DNA of 64,000 nucleotides from an uncultured Flavobacterium sp. (lineage in GTDB: Bacteria > Bacteroidota > Bacteroidia > Flavobacteriales > Flavobacteriaceae): contig CAZNWY010000006.1 in the NCBI GenBank assembly GCA_964577105.1, positions 13,370 to 77,369 on the forward strand. Direction: 5' to 3'. Within the stretch, counting starts at the first letter, position 1. Every line of letters begins with the position of its first letter. Below are positions 1 through 10,586 of the stretch, piece after piece. The position numbers were made by a program, and so were the translations under genes. The notes under the pieces are model-generated. The model ran no database searches. It worked only from the letters and a program-made list of their open reading frames with translations, and was not told where the DNA came from.

Positions 1-134
1 CGATTATGTTTTATGTTTTTGTAGAAAATGACTATGTAGAAGCTGTATGTGAGGCAATTGATATTTTCAATAAAAAACAAGAAACACAATCACATATTCA
101 CTATACAATTTTAACTGTTGAAAAATCAAATTAA
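1..134 (+). CDS. 3' end of an unidentified CDS entering from the window edge (partial)
   Basis: Frame 3 is open from base 3 to TAA at 132-134 (...IMFYVFVENDYVEAVCEAIDIFNKKQETQSHIHYTILTVEKSN*). No family recognised; it could be non-coding. Confidence 0.3.
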   Translation, partial: IMFYVFVENDYVEAVCEAIDIFNKKQETQSHIHYTILTVEKSN

Positions 135-136
135 TT

Positions 137-322
137 ATGAAAAATCGAATTATTAGAGCCATCGCTGGAAGTTTTATCTTGATAAGTTTACTTCTATCAA
201 TTTATGTGAGTCAAAATTGGTTGTGGTTTACTGCTTTTGTAGGAGCTAATCTTTTACAATCGTCTATAACCAAATGGTGTTTAATGGAAGACATTCTAAC
301 TAAATTGGGTGTGAAAGATTAA
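137..322 (+). CDS. DUF2892 (YgaP-like) small membrane protein
   Basis: 61 aa with two hydrophobic helices. The pattern R..R...G...L...W..F.G.NLLQSS.T.WC is typical of DUF2892 proteins. Confidence 0.6.
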   Translation: MKNRIIRAIAGSFILISLLLSIYVSQNWLWFTAFVGANLLQSSITKWCLMEDILTKLGVKD

Positions 323-338
323 GCGCTGTTCTAACCAT

Positions 339-379
339 AAAAAAAAACGTCTTGTAATAACACAAGACGTTTTTTTTTT
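339..379. terminator. bidirectional rho-independent terminator
   Basis: A9-ACGTCTTGT (347-355) / ACAAGACGT (362-370)-T9. Perfect 9-bp stem extended by A/T runs, lying between convergent genes. Confidence 0.85.
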
Positions 380-393
380 GATAACCTAAAAAA

Positions 394-651
394 CTATTTG
401 TCAATTGAGCCTAAAACTCGTTTCATAAAGTCGTTCAAAGCTGTTTTTTTATCTTTTCCTTCTTTCACCATTTTGTGAACTTCTAAAGCACCATACATAT
501 TGGAAATTAATTCTCCAATAACTTCTAACTCTTCATCTTTCAATGTCGGAATTTCGGTTAAATTTTCTAGAACTTCAATAGTTTCAATTAGATAATCTTG
601 ATCATTATCTTCTATAAATTGAGTCAGGTGTTTTATTACAGGTAACTTCAT
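394..651 (-). CDS. small acidic helical protein of unknown function (thioredoxin neighbour)
   Basis: 85-aa ATG ORF, Glu/Asp-rich, with no TM segment. It sits 43 nt downstream of the thioredoxin gene on the same strand. Confidence 0.5.
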   Translation of the reverse strand: MKLPVIKHLTQFIEDNDQDYLIETIEVLENLTEIPTLKDEELEVIGELISNMYGALEVHKMVKEGKDKKTALNDFMKRVLGSIDK

Positions 652-694
652 TTTTTTGGATTAACGGTTGTATAAAATAATAGACAAATCTAAT

Positions 695-1003
695 TTAGAT
701 TACTTCTGCAACCAATTCTGCCAATACTTCGGCTTTGTTGGTTTGTGTTTGATTTACTAATACACCATCTTTAAAAGTGGCAAATGTTGGTAAATTATCC
801 ACTTTAGCTAATTTTCTAGATTCTGGAAACTGTTCTGCATCTACAATTACAAAAGGAACGTTTTCGTTTTGGGATGCCAACAGTTTAAATTTAGGTTTCA
901 TGATTCGGCAATTGCCACACCACGAAGCTGCGTATTGTACCACAACAACTTTGTTTGAAGCTACAATTTCTGCTAAATTATCTTGAGTTATTTCTTGAAA
1001 CAT
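695..1003 (-). CDS. thioredoxin family protein (CGNC active site)
   Basis: 102 aa with thioredoxin-fold length and the active-site context YAASWCGNCRIMKP. Confidence 0.85.
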   Translation of the reverse strand: MFQEITQDNLAEIVASNKVVVVQYAASWCGNCRIMKPKFKLLASQNENVPFVIVDAEQFPESRKLAKVDNLPTFATFKDGVLVNQTQTNKAEVLAELVAEVI

Positions 1004-1028
1004 ATAGATGATTTTTTATGCCACTACG

Positions 1029-1065
1029 AGCACAATCGGAAACTTGGGAGAATTTCGATTGTGCT
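1029..1065 (-). terminator. GC-containing hairpin between the peroxiredoxin and thioredoxin genes (possible terminator/attenuator)
   Basis: AGCACAATCG (1029-1038) pairs with CGATTGTGCT (1056-1065). There is no clean U-tract on the minus strand. Confidence 0.35.
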
Positions 1066-1084
1066 ACGTGTGACCATTTATTTA

Positions 1085-1720
1085 TTAATGTGAAGATAAA
1101 TAAGAAGCGGTACTGTTTCTATCAGCGTTCATCGCATCTTTACCTTCTTCCCAGTTAGCTGGACATACTTCACCTTTGGTTTGTACGTGTGTGTAAGCAT
1201 CGATTAATCGCAAATATTCGTGTACATTTCTTCCTAAAGGCATGTCGTTCACACTTTCGTGGAATACTTTTCCTTCTTCGTCAATTAAGTAAGTAGCTCT
1301 GAAAGTAACATTTGAACCTTCTAAAATTTCGTCGTTTAATTCTTCGTCATAAATCCATTCTGCATCAAGAATGTCTAATGCGGCCGATAAATTACGAGTT
1401 GTGTCTGCCAAAATTGGGTAAGTTACACCTTCAATACCACCATTGTTTTTTGGAGTATTCAACCAAGCAAAATGTACTTCGTTAGTATCGCAAGAAGCAC
1501 CAATTACCATAGTATTTCTTTTTTCAAAATCTTGTAATGCCGCTTGAAAAGCATGTAATTCTGTTGGACAAACAAAAGTGAAATCTTTTGGATACCAGAA
1601 CAATACTACTTTTTTCTTGTTTTTTGTTGCTTCTTCAAGAACATTGATTCTAAGGTTATCTCCCATGAAAGAGATGGCGTCAACTGTAATGTTTGGGAAT
1701 TTTTTTCCTACTAATGACAT
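1085..1720 (-). CDS. typical 2-Cys peroxiredoxin (AhpC/Prx1 family)
   Basis: 211 aa with the peroxidatic motif DFTFVCPTE and the resolving-Cys motif GEVCPANW. Confidence 0.9.
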   Translation of the reverse strand: MSLVGKKFPNITVDAISFMGDNLRINVLEEATKNKKKVVLFWYPKDFTFVCPTELHAFQAALQDFEKRNTMVIGASCDTNEVHFAWLNTPKNNGGIEGVTYPILADTTRNLSAALDILDAEWIYDEELNDEILEGSNVTFRATYLIDEEGKVFHESVNDMPLGRNVHEYLRLIDAYTHVQTKGEVCPANWEEGKDAMNADRNSTASYLSSH

Positions 1721-1907
1721 GTTTTTTTTATTTATAAGTTAATACTAATTTTCTGATGCAAATCTACAAATTGAATGTGCAAAAAAATATGATATTTATT
1801 ATATTTTCTGATTAAGTAATAGATAAACACTATGAGTATATTTTATGACTGTTTTCGTGGAAAAATAGCAGTAATTATTAGTTTGTGAAGTTTAGTTGTA
1901 ATGTAAA

Positions 1908-1940
1908 ATAAAAAAACCATCTCACAAAAGATGGTTTTTT
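1908..1940 (-). terminator. rho-independent terminator of katG
   Basis: AAAAAACCATCT (1911-1922) / AGATGGTTTTTT (1929-1940), located 23 nt downstream of the katG stop. Confidence 0.8.
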
Positions 1941-1962
1941 ATAAATGTAGAGGGCTGTGATA

Positions 1963-4161
<2,199 letters not shown>

Positions 4162-4340
4162 TTATTTAATTATAAAACTATTTTGTTATTAATTATTTAT
4201 TTTTTGAATTTTATTGTTATCAAAAGTATAAAATAAAAATTGCACAAGTATAGATAATTGATGATTTAAATTTATTTTTTAATAGTTTTTACTTATAGTT
4301 TACATTTTTCTCAATTTTGTAAATCAATGTGAAATTATGT

Positions 4341-4348
4341 TATATTTG
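4341..4348 (+). promoter_or_regulatory. Bacteroidota -7 promoter motif (TAnnTTTG) for the permease gene
   Basis: TATATTTG lies 35 nt upstream of the ATG at 4383. Confidence 0.45.
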
Positions 4349-4382
4349 TTTTGGTTAAACAATCAATAAACCATTATCAAAT

Positions 4383-6308
4383 ATGAACTTTTCCAAGTTA
4401 TTCAGAAAAAAATCGGTTCAAGATATTCTCAATCAAGTTGCTAAGAACGAAGCAGATGGACATCATTCTTTAGGAAAACACTTAAGAGCTAGGGATTTAA
4501 CAGCTTTTGGCATTGCAGCTATCATTGGAGCAGGTATTTTCAGTACCATTGGAAAAGCCAGTTTTGATGGCGGTCCTGCCGTAATATTTTTATTCTTATT
4601 TACCGCAGTTGCTTGTAGTTTTGCTGCATTTGCCTATGCTGAGTTTGCTTCTATGGTTCCTGTTTCGGGTAGTGCTTATACTTATTCTTATGTTGCTTTT
4701 GGTGAGATAATCGCTTGGATTATAGGTTGGGCGTTGATTATGGAATATGCCATTGGAAATATTACTGTTGCTATTTCGTGGAGTGATTATTTTACAGGAT
4801 TACTCGATAGCATGGGAGTGAAGTTACCCCAATGGATTCAGATGGATTATTTAACCGCTTCTAACGGATATAAAGAGGCTACAGCCTTAATGAGTGGCGG
4901 AAAGACTTTTGATAATTTATCGGATGGATTGAAAGCTGCTTACACTGCTTGGACATCTTCCCCAACGATAGGTTCGCTTCATTTGGTTGCTGATATTCCT
5001 GCTTTATTGATTATTGTAATTATTACGGCATTGGTTTACAGAGGTATGAAAGAATCTCGTAATGCCAGTAACTTAATGGTAGTTGTAAAACTATGTATAA
5101 TTTTATTAGTTATTGCTGTTGGTATTTTTCACATCGATACCAATAATTGGCATCCATTTGCTCCTAATGGAGTAGGTGGTATTTTGAAAGGAGTTTCAGC
5201 GGTATTCTTTGCCTATATTGGCTTTGATGCAATTTCTACAACAGCAGAAGAATGTAAAGATCCACAGCGAGATTTGCCAAGAGGAATGATGTGGGCTATA
5301 ATAATATGTACTATTTTGTATATCATAATCGCATTGGTTTTAACCGGTATGGTAAGCTATTCTTCTTTAAATGTTGGTGATCCATTGGCTTTTGTATTTG
5401 ATAAATTGAATTTAAAATGGATGTCGGGTATCATAGGGATTAGTGCTGTAATAGCTATGGCATCGGTATTGTTGGTATTTCAAATGGGACAACCACGTAT
5501 CTGGATGAGCATGAGTCGAGATGGATTATTGCCGAAACGTTTTTCTAAAGTACATCCCAAATTTAAAACACCATCGTATGCAACTATTGTTACGGGTTTT
5601 GTGGTAGCTGTTCCAGCTTTGTTTTTAAATTTAACAATGGTTACCGATTTGTGTAGCATAGGAACCTTATTTGCTTTTGTATTGGTCTGTGCAGGTGTTT
5701 TAGTATTGCAGAACAAGCCTAATATTCCTAGAGGTAAATTTAAAACACCTTATTTGAATTCTAAATACATTTTCCCAATGTTATTAATGGCAGGTTTGAT
5801 ATTGGCTTTCACACAGTTTAAAAAAGAAACGATGAGTTTTATAACTAATGAAAAGAAAATTAAGAATCCAACCGATTTTATCACTTCAATAGGAGAAGAA
5901 GGTACCAAAAAAGTGTATAATTTCTTGATTGAACGTAATTATAGTGAAGTAAAACCGACTGATTTGGAGCAAATGATGACCCAATATCATCAAAACGAAC
6001 AACAATATAAAAATGTAATCGATTCATTACCTGTTGCTGAAAATCAAAAGTATGATAGTGGGTTCGATTTGTTTAAACATAAAATTCCGATGTGGATATT
6101 TTTGTTTTCACTGATTGCCTTGGCCATTTGGTCTTGGAAGCAAAATTTATCATTAATTCCGTTACTCGGATTAATTTGTTGTCTTTACATGATGGCTGAA
6201 TTGAGTATTTGGAATTGGATTTATTTCACCTGTTGGTTACTCATCGGTTTGACTATTTATTTTGGATTTAGCCATAAAAACAGTAGTTTGAATAAAATAA
6301 AAGCGTAA
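4383..6308 (+). CDS. APC-superfamily amino acid permease (cationic amino-acid transporter type)
   Basis: 641 aa and multi-TM. It has the N-terminal signature RDLTAFGIAAIIGAGIFSTIG and a hydrophilic insert before the last two TM helices, as in 14-TM CAT-type carriers. Confidence 0.85.
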   Translation: MNFSKLFRKKSVQDILNQVAKNEADGHHSLGKHLRARDLTAFGIAAIIGAGIFSTIGKASFDGGPAVIFLFLFTAVACSFAAFAYAEFASMVPVSGSAYTYSYVAFGEIIAWIIGWALIMEYAIGNITVAISWSDYFTGLLDSMGVKLPQWIQMDYLTASNGYKEATALMSGGKTFDNLSDGLKAAYTAWTSSPTIGSLHLVADIPALLIIVIITALVYRGMKESRNASNLMVVVKLCIILLVIAVGIFHIDTNNWHPFAPNGVGGILKGVSAVFFAYIGFDAISTTAEECKDPQRDLPRGMMWAIIICTILYIIIALVLTGMVSYSSLNVGDPLAFVFDKLNLKWMSGIIGISAVIAMASVLLVFQMGQPRIWMSMSRDGLLPKRFSKVHPKFKTPSYATIVTGFVVAVPALFLNLTMVTDLCSIGTLFAFVLVCAGVLVLQNKPNIPRGKFKTPYLNSKYIFPMLLMAGLILAFTQFKKETMSFITNEKKIKNPTDFITSIGEEGTKKVYNFLIERNYSEVKPTDLEQMMTQYHQNEQQYKNVIDSLPVAENQKYDSGFDLFKHKIPMWIFLFSLIALAIWSWKQNLSLIPLLGLICCLYMMAELSIWNWIYFTCWLLIGLTIYFGFSHKNSSLNKIKA

Positions 6309-6353
6309 CAATAGACTTAATTTTTCTTTCAAACATATTTGTAGCAAAGTCTT

Positions 6354-6392
6354 AAAAAAAATCCTCAACAATTGTATTTGTTGAGGATTCTT
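6354..6392. terminator. bidirectional rho-independent terminator
   Basis: A7-AATCCTCAACA (6360-6370) / TGTTGAGGATT (6379-6389), lying between convergent genes. Confidence 0.8.
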
Positions 6393-6411
6393 TATTAAAA
6401 ATCAAGTACTG

Positions 6412-6870
6412 CTATATGGTTTTAGCTATAATTGCGTTCCATTTTTCAATTAATTCTAATTCATTAACCAGCGAAAGGGTTTCGTTTTGATCATAAAACT
6501 CAATTGATTTATCGTGTTTGTTGTGGTCATTAAATTCAAATTTTAATTCAAGTCTGTGAATAGCTTGGTTTTTATTTTGAATTTTAACAATACTACTTTT
6601 TTGAACTTCTGCTAAATTTAACGTTTCAAATGAATCCATATCAGTAGCTTTTTTTGAGAAGAAAAGCATTTTGTTGGTTGCATCAAATCCTATTGCCGAA
6701 TGATTCCAAATTTCATTGGTTTCTATTGAAGCATTGTTCATTTTTGCAATATTGGATAAATTATGAATTATTTTTTGTTGTTGTTTTTGTTTTTTGACAT
6801 AAAATAGTACAAAAGGCAAAATGCAAATGAGTACTATTATTCCGCCTATAATTGAGGTTCCTATATCCAT
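6412..6870 (-). CDS. hypothetical membrane-anchored protein
   Basis: 152-aa ATG ORF with one N-terminal TM helix (IIGGIIVLICILPFVLFYV) followed by a soluble domain. No family recognised. Confidence 0.5.
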   Translation of the reverse strand: MDIGTSIIGGIIVLICILPFVLFYVKKQKQQQKIIHNLSNIAKMNNASIETNEIWNHSAIGFDATNKMLFFSKKATDMDSFETLNLAEVQKSSIVKIQNKNQAIHRLELKFEFNDHNKHDKSIEFYDQNETLSLVNELELIEKWNAIIAKTI

Positions 6871-6978
6871 TTTTTTTTAATTTAAATTATACAAATTGAT
6901 TTTCAGTAGTACAAACCAATACGTTTCATACTACTAATTAATTCGGGCAGTGCCCAAGGCAAGATTTAAATGTTTAAA

Positions 6979-7347
6979 TTACCAGAAATAATGAAAAGGG
7001 AAAATGATGTCGGTTTGAGTAAACCTAATAATGCTATGAATTGCATAGAATTTGTAGTCAGCAAAAAGGGCATTATACAATTGTTCTATTGCAATGTTGT
7101 GAATAAAGAACGCATTAGAAACTACTTTAAACGTCTGACAAGGATTCGTTTTAATGATCGAAATATTTCTAGTCGATACACCAACAACGTTCTCAGAGGC
7201 AATCGATTTTAATTGCTCTTTTTGCGTATTCTTATTACCATTGACAGTTTTGTAGTTTGCCAACGACGGAGCGCTATTCGCACTTAAAAGCAAATAGAAC
7301 CATCCTAAAAAGGTATAAAATAAAATATATCGCAATGTATTTTTCAC
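6979..7347 (-). CDS. hypothetical exported protein
   Basis: 122 aa with a GTG start and a signal-peptide-like N-terminus (ILFYTFLGWFYLLLSANSA). A TATCTTTG motif lies 4 nt upstream. No family recognised. Confidence 0.4.
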   Translation of the reverse strand: MKNTLRYILFYTFLGWFYLLLSANSAPSLANYKTVNGNKNTQKEQLKSIASENVVGVSTRNISIIKTNPCQTFKVVSNAFFIHNIAIEQLYNALFADYKFYAIHSIIRFTQTDIIFPFHYFW

Positions 7348-7351
7348 GGTA

Positions 7352-7359
7352 CAAAGATA
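7352..7359 (-). promoter_or_regulatory. -7 promoter motif (TAnnTTTG) abutting the start codon
   Basis: The minus strand reads TATCTTTG, 4 nt before the GTG at 7347. Confidence 0.4.
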
Positions 7360-7402
7360 GGTCTAATAACTTAGAATCAAAAATGCTAGAATTCTGTGTC
7401 AC

Positions 7403-7436
7403 AAAAAAAATCCTCAACAGATTGAACTATTGAGGA
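7403..7436 (-). terminator. rho-independent terminator of the M28 peptidase gene
   Basis: TCCTCAA (7411-7417) / TTGAGGA (7430-7436), followed by a U-run on the minus strand (A8 at 7403-7410). Confidence 0.65.
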
Positions 7437-7464
7437 AAATATTTTTTAAAGTAGAAGTTAGAGT

Positions 7465-9708
7465 TTATTCAAATTTTACTTTAACTGTCTGACTAACTCC
7501 ATCTCTAATGAAAGTCACTTCTAGCTCGTCGCCAGGTGTAATTTTAGATAGCGCCTCCATGTAACTGTATACTTCTTTAATTTCGGTTGTTCCAATTTTT
7601 GTGATGATGTCACCTTCTTTAATTCCAGCTTTTTGAGCAGGACGATTTTCGGTAACGCCATCTACATGTAATCCGTCACCATGCTCAGTATAATCGGGCA
7701 TAATTCCCATAGTGACTTTGTATTTCGGACGTGTTTTTCCAGCATTATTTTTAGTTTTTGTAAATTCAACTTTGTCTAAATCGGCAATGTCGTTTGCAAT
7801 TCTGAAAACAAAATCTACAATATTTTTAACGCCAGTGTAATTAATTTTATCTTCATCATCACTAGGTTTGTGGTAATCGGAGTGTGTTCCTGTAAAGAAA
7901 TTCAAAACGGGAATATCTTTTAAATAGAACGAAGTATGATCGGTTGGTCCGATGCCGCTGTCTTCTAGCGTAATGTTGTATCCTGCCGATTTGTTTTTTT
8001 CAACAATTGCTTTGAATTGTGGTGATGTTCCAACGCCGCCAACAATCATGTCTTTTTTATCGTTCAATCGGCCAATCATGTCCATGTTAATCATGGCGAT
8101 TACATTCGGATATTTAGCTTTTATAGTTTCTGCCATATGCTTAGAACCGATTAGGCCATCTTCTTCTCCAGAGAACAGAGCAAAAATATAGTTGACTTTT
8201 TCGGTAGCTTTATTTTTAGAAAATATTCTAGCTAATTCCAATACTCCAGATACGCCAGAAGCATTATCATCGGCTCCATTGTGAATTTCACCTTTTGAAT
8301 TTACCTTAGTTGAATTGTTGTGCTCGTTCAAACCTAAATGATCGTAATGTGCTCCAATAATAATCGTTTTAGACGCTTTGTTATCTAGATAAGCAATCAC
8401 GTTTCTTCCCGAATTTGCAACACTTTCGCTGTTGATAGAATCGTGTGGATTCAAACGTACTTTGTAATCAAATTTTTGAATATAACTTTTTCCTTCATAA
8501 GGTTTGAGGCCTAAGTTTTTGAATTGTGCCGAAATATAATCCGCAGCTTTTTGCTCACCTGCAGAACCCGTTAAACGTCCTTTTAATTCATCAGAAGCTA
8601 GAAAAGAAATGTGTTTTTTAAGCAGTTCTGGTTTTACGGCTTCGGTATCATCAGTGTCAACCCAATCAGCAATAAATACATTGGTTTCTCGAGCGGCACT
8701 TTGCATTCTATTGCTAGACCAAACTAATTTTTTGCCATCTGGAGAAAACATTGGAAAAGCATTGAATTCACTTTCCCATGTAATTTGTTTCAAATTAGTT
8801 CCATCAATATCAACCATGTACAATTGAAAATCGTAACCATGTGTTGAATGATGATTGGAAGAAAAGATAATTTTTTTATCAGAAGGATGGAAGAATGGTG
8901 CCCAGTTGGCTTTTCCTAAATGGGTTATTTGTTTGATATCAGAACCATCAACATTGCAGGTGTAGATTTCCATTTCTGTTGGAGCTACTACATTTTCTTT
9001 CAATAAAGCTTTATAATCGGCAATTTCAGCTTCTGTTTTTGGTCGAGACGAACGAAATACTAATTTTTTACTATCGTGAGAAAAAAAACTTCCACCATCA
9101 TAACCCAATCCGAAAGTGATTTGTTTCAAATTAGTTCCGTCAATATCCATTGTCCAAAGTTCTAAATCGCCGGAGCGAGTAGAGGTAAAGGCGATTTTTT
9201 TACCATCGGGAGAAACCACTGCTTCGGCATCATAGCCTGGTGAATTGGTCAATTGTTTGACAATATTACCATTTAAATCGGCCATGTAAATATCAAACTC
9301 AGGATAAACAGCCCAAAGGTATTTGCCGTCATGTGGTTTTGGTGGTGCCGGACATTCTGGGCTTGAAGCGTGTGTTGAAGCAAAGATAATATGCTTTCCA
9401 TCAGGCATAAAGTAGGAACAAGTTGTTCTTCCTTTACCAGTAGAAATTAATTTAAGGTTTTCGGATGAATAATTCTTGCTTTGCAAATCATACATATAAA
9501 TCTGATCGCATGGAATATTAGCCTTAGGATTGGTAACTTGCATAGTCAACATTTTGCCATCTGGACTGAAATAGGCTTCGGCATTATCACCACCATTGGT
9601 TAGTTTCTGAATGTTTTTTAAATTCTTCTCTTGTCCAGCAGCATAAAAGCTAAGTAAAAGAAATACTAGTTTTAGTAATGAGCTATTCTTTAAAGTATTA
9701 GAATACAT
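7465..9708 (-). CDS. TolB-like beta-propeller / M28 aminopeptidase / PDZ fusion protein
   Basis: 747 aa with a signal peptide. The N-terminal half has about 6 repeats of the SPDGKK..F.S.R type. The M28 metal-ligand motifs HYDHLG, GADDNASG, SGEEDGLIGS and HKPSDD follow, then a C-terminal PDZ domain (AGIKEGDIITKIG). Confidence 0.8.
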   Translation of the reverse strand: MYSNTLKNSSLLKLVFLLLSFYAAGQEKNLKNIQKLTNGGDNAEAYFSPDGKMLTMQVTNPKANIPCDQIYMYDLQSKNYSSENLKLISTGKGRTTCSYFMPDGKHIIFASTHASSPECPAPPKPHDGKYLWAVYPEFDIYMADLNGNIVKQLTNSPGYDAEAVVSPDGKKIAFTSTRSGDLELWTMDIDGTNLKQITFGLGYDGGSFFSHDSKKLVFRSSRPKTEAEIADYKALLKENVVAPTEMEIYTCNVDGSDIKQITHLGKANWAPFFHPSDKKIIFSSNHHSTHGYDFQLYMVDIDGTNLKQITWESEFNAFPMFSPDGKKLVWSSNRMQSAARETNVFIADWVDTDDTEAVKPELLKKHISFLASDELKGRLTGSAGEQKAADYISAQFKNLGLKPYEGKSYIQKFDYKVRLNPHDSINSESVANSGRNVIAYLDNKASKTIIIGAHYDHLGLNEHNNSTKVNSKGEIHNGADDNASGVSGVLELARIFSKNKATEKVNYIFALFSGEEDGLIGSKHMAETIKAKYPNVIAMINMDMIGRLNDKKDMIVGGVGTSPQFKAIVEKNKSAGYNITLEDSGIGPTDHTSFYLKDIPVLNFFTGTHSDYHKPSDDEDKINYTGVKNIVDFVFRIANDIADLDKVEFTKTKNNAGKTRPKYKVTMGIMPDYTEHGDGLHVDGVTENRPAQKAGIKEGDIITKIGTTEIKEVYSYMEALSKITPGDELEVTFIRDGVSQTVKVKFE

Positions 9709-9784
9709 ATTAATCGATTAAAATGAATGATTTTTTATAAGCAGTAAATATAGTCAAAATGCTTTTTTTTGAACAAATTGAGTA

Positions 9785-9808
9785 TAAAAAAATCCGCTAG
9801 AAGCGGAC
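9785..9808 (-). terminator. rho-independent terminator of the SOD gene
   Basis: TCCGCT (9793-9798) / AGCGGA (9802-9807) with a U-run on the minus strand (A7 at 9786-9792). Confidence 0.55.
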
Positions 9809-9812
9809 TAAA

Positions 9813-10583
9813 TTATTTGGGAAGAGCTTCTTCATAGCGTTCGCCAACTCTTTTCCAGTTGATGCAATTGAAGAAAGCATCGATATATTTTTTTCTTTTG
9901 TATTGATAATTCAAATAATAGGCATGTTCCCAAATATCTAATGCCAATATAGGAGTTCCTGCAATTTCACTTCTTGGCATCAACGGATTATCTTGATTTG
10001 GTGTACTCGTAACTTGTAATTTACCTGATTTGTCTACAATTAGCCAAACCCAACCAGATCCAAATTGTTTGTTAGCTGCGTCTTCAAATTGTGTTTTGAA
10101 TGTTTCAAACGAACCAAAATCTTTATCGATTGCACTAGCCAAGGTATCAGTAGGTTTTCCACCAGCTTTCGGACCAATAATATCGAAATATAACGTATGG
10201 TTGTAATAACCGCCAAGATTATTTCTCAACTCTGCATTATTCATGTCAAGTTTCTTGAAAATATCGGTTATTGGAATGTTTTCTAGTTCGGTACCAGCCA
10301 ACGCTTTGTTTAAGTTGTTGGTGTATGTAAGATAATGTTTAGAATAATGCATTTCCATGGTCATGGCATCAATATTTGGCGCCAAAGCATCATAACTATA
10401 GTTGAGTTTGGCAACTTCGAATGCACCAGGATCTGCTTTAACATCTTCTGGAGAACCGATTGTCATTTTTTCTTCTGCTGTTGGAAGTGGTACTTCAACA
10501 ACTTCGGTATATTTTTTTCTTTTACACGAACCTATAGAAACTGCGAAAAGAGCACAGAATAAAAGGAAGATTATTTTTTTCAT
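9813..10583 (-). CDS. Fe/Mn superoxide dismutase with N-terminal lipoprotein-type signal peptide
   Basis: 256 aa with the metal-ligand motifs HYSKHYLTY and DIWEHAYYL. The N-terminus MKKIIFLLFCALFAVSIGSC (Cys20) is followed by a linker of about 35 aa before the SOD fold. Confidence 0.9.
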   Translation of the reverse strand: MKKIIFLLFCALFAVSIGSCKRKKYTEVVEVPLPTAEEKMTIGSPEDVKADPGAFEVAKLNYSYDALAPNIDAMTMEMHYSKHYLTYTNNLNKALAGTELENIPITDIFKKLDMNNAELRNNLGGYYNHTLYFDIIGPKAGGKPTDTLASAIDKDFGSFETFKTQFEDAANKQFGSGWVWLIVDKSGKLQVTSTPNQDNPLMPRSEIAGTPILALDIWEHAYYLNYQYKRKKYIDAFFNCINWKRVGERYEEALPK

Positions 10584-10586
10584 ACC

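Noticed and set aside
4250-4257. ATAGATAA octamer about 100 nt upstream of katG, identical to the first 8 nt of the dyad upstream of the peroxiredoxin gene (1819-1826).
   Set aside because: An AT-rich 8-mer shared between two ~240-nt AT-rich spacers is expected by chance several times over. The katG copy also lacks the CTAT half (it reads ATAG-N7-ATGA).
6970-7212. 80-aa plus-strand ORF overlapping the 6979-7347 minus-strand ORF.
   Set aside because: It has no signal or TM features and no promoter motif. The minus-strand ORF has a signal peptide and an abutting TAnnTTTG box. Neither frame is strongly supported.
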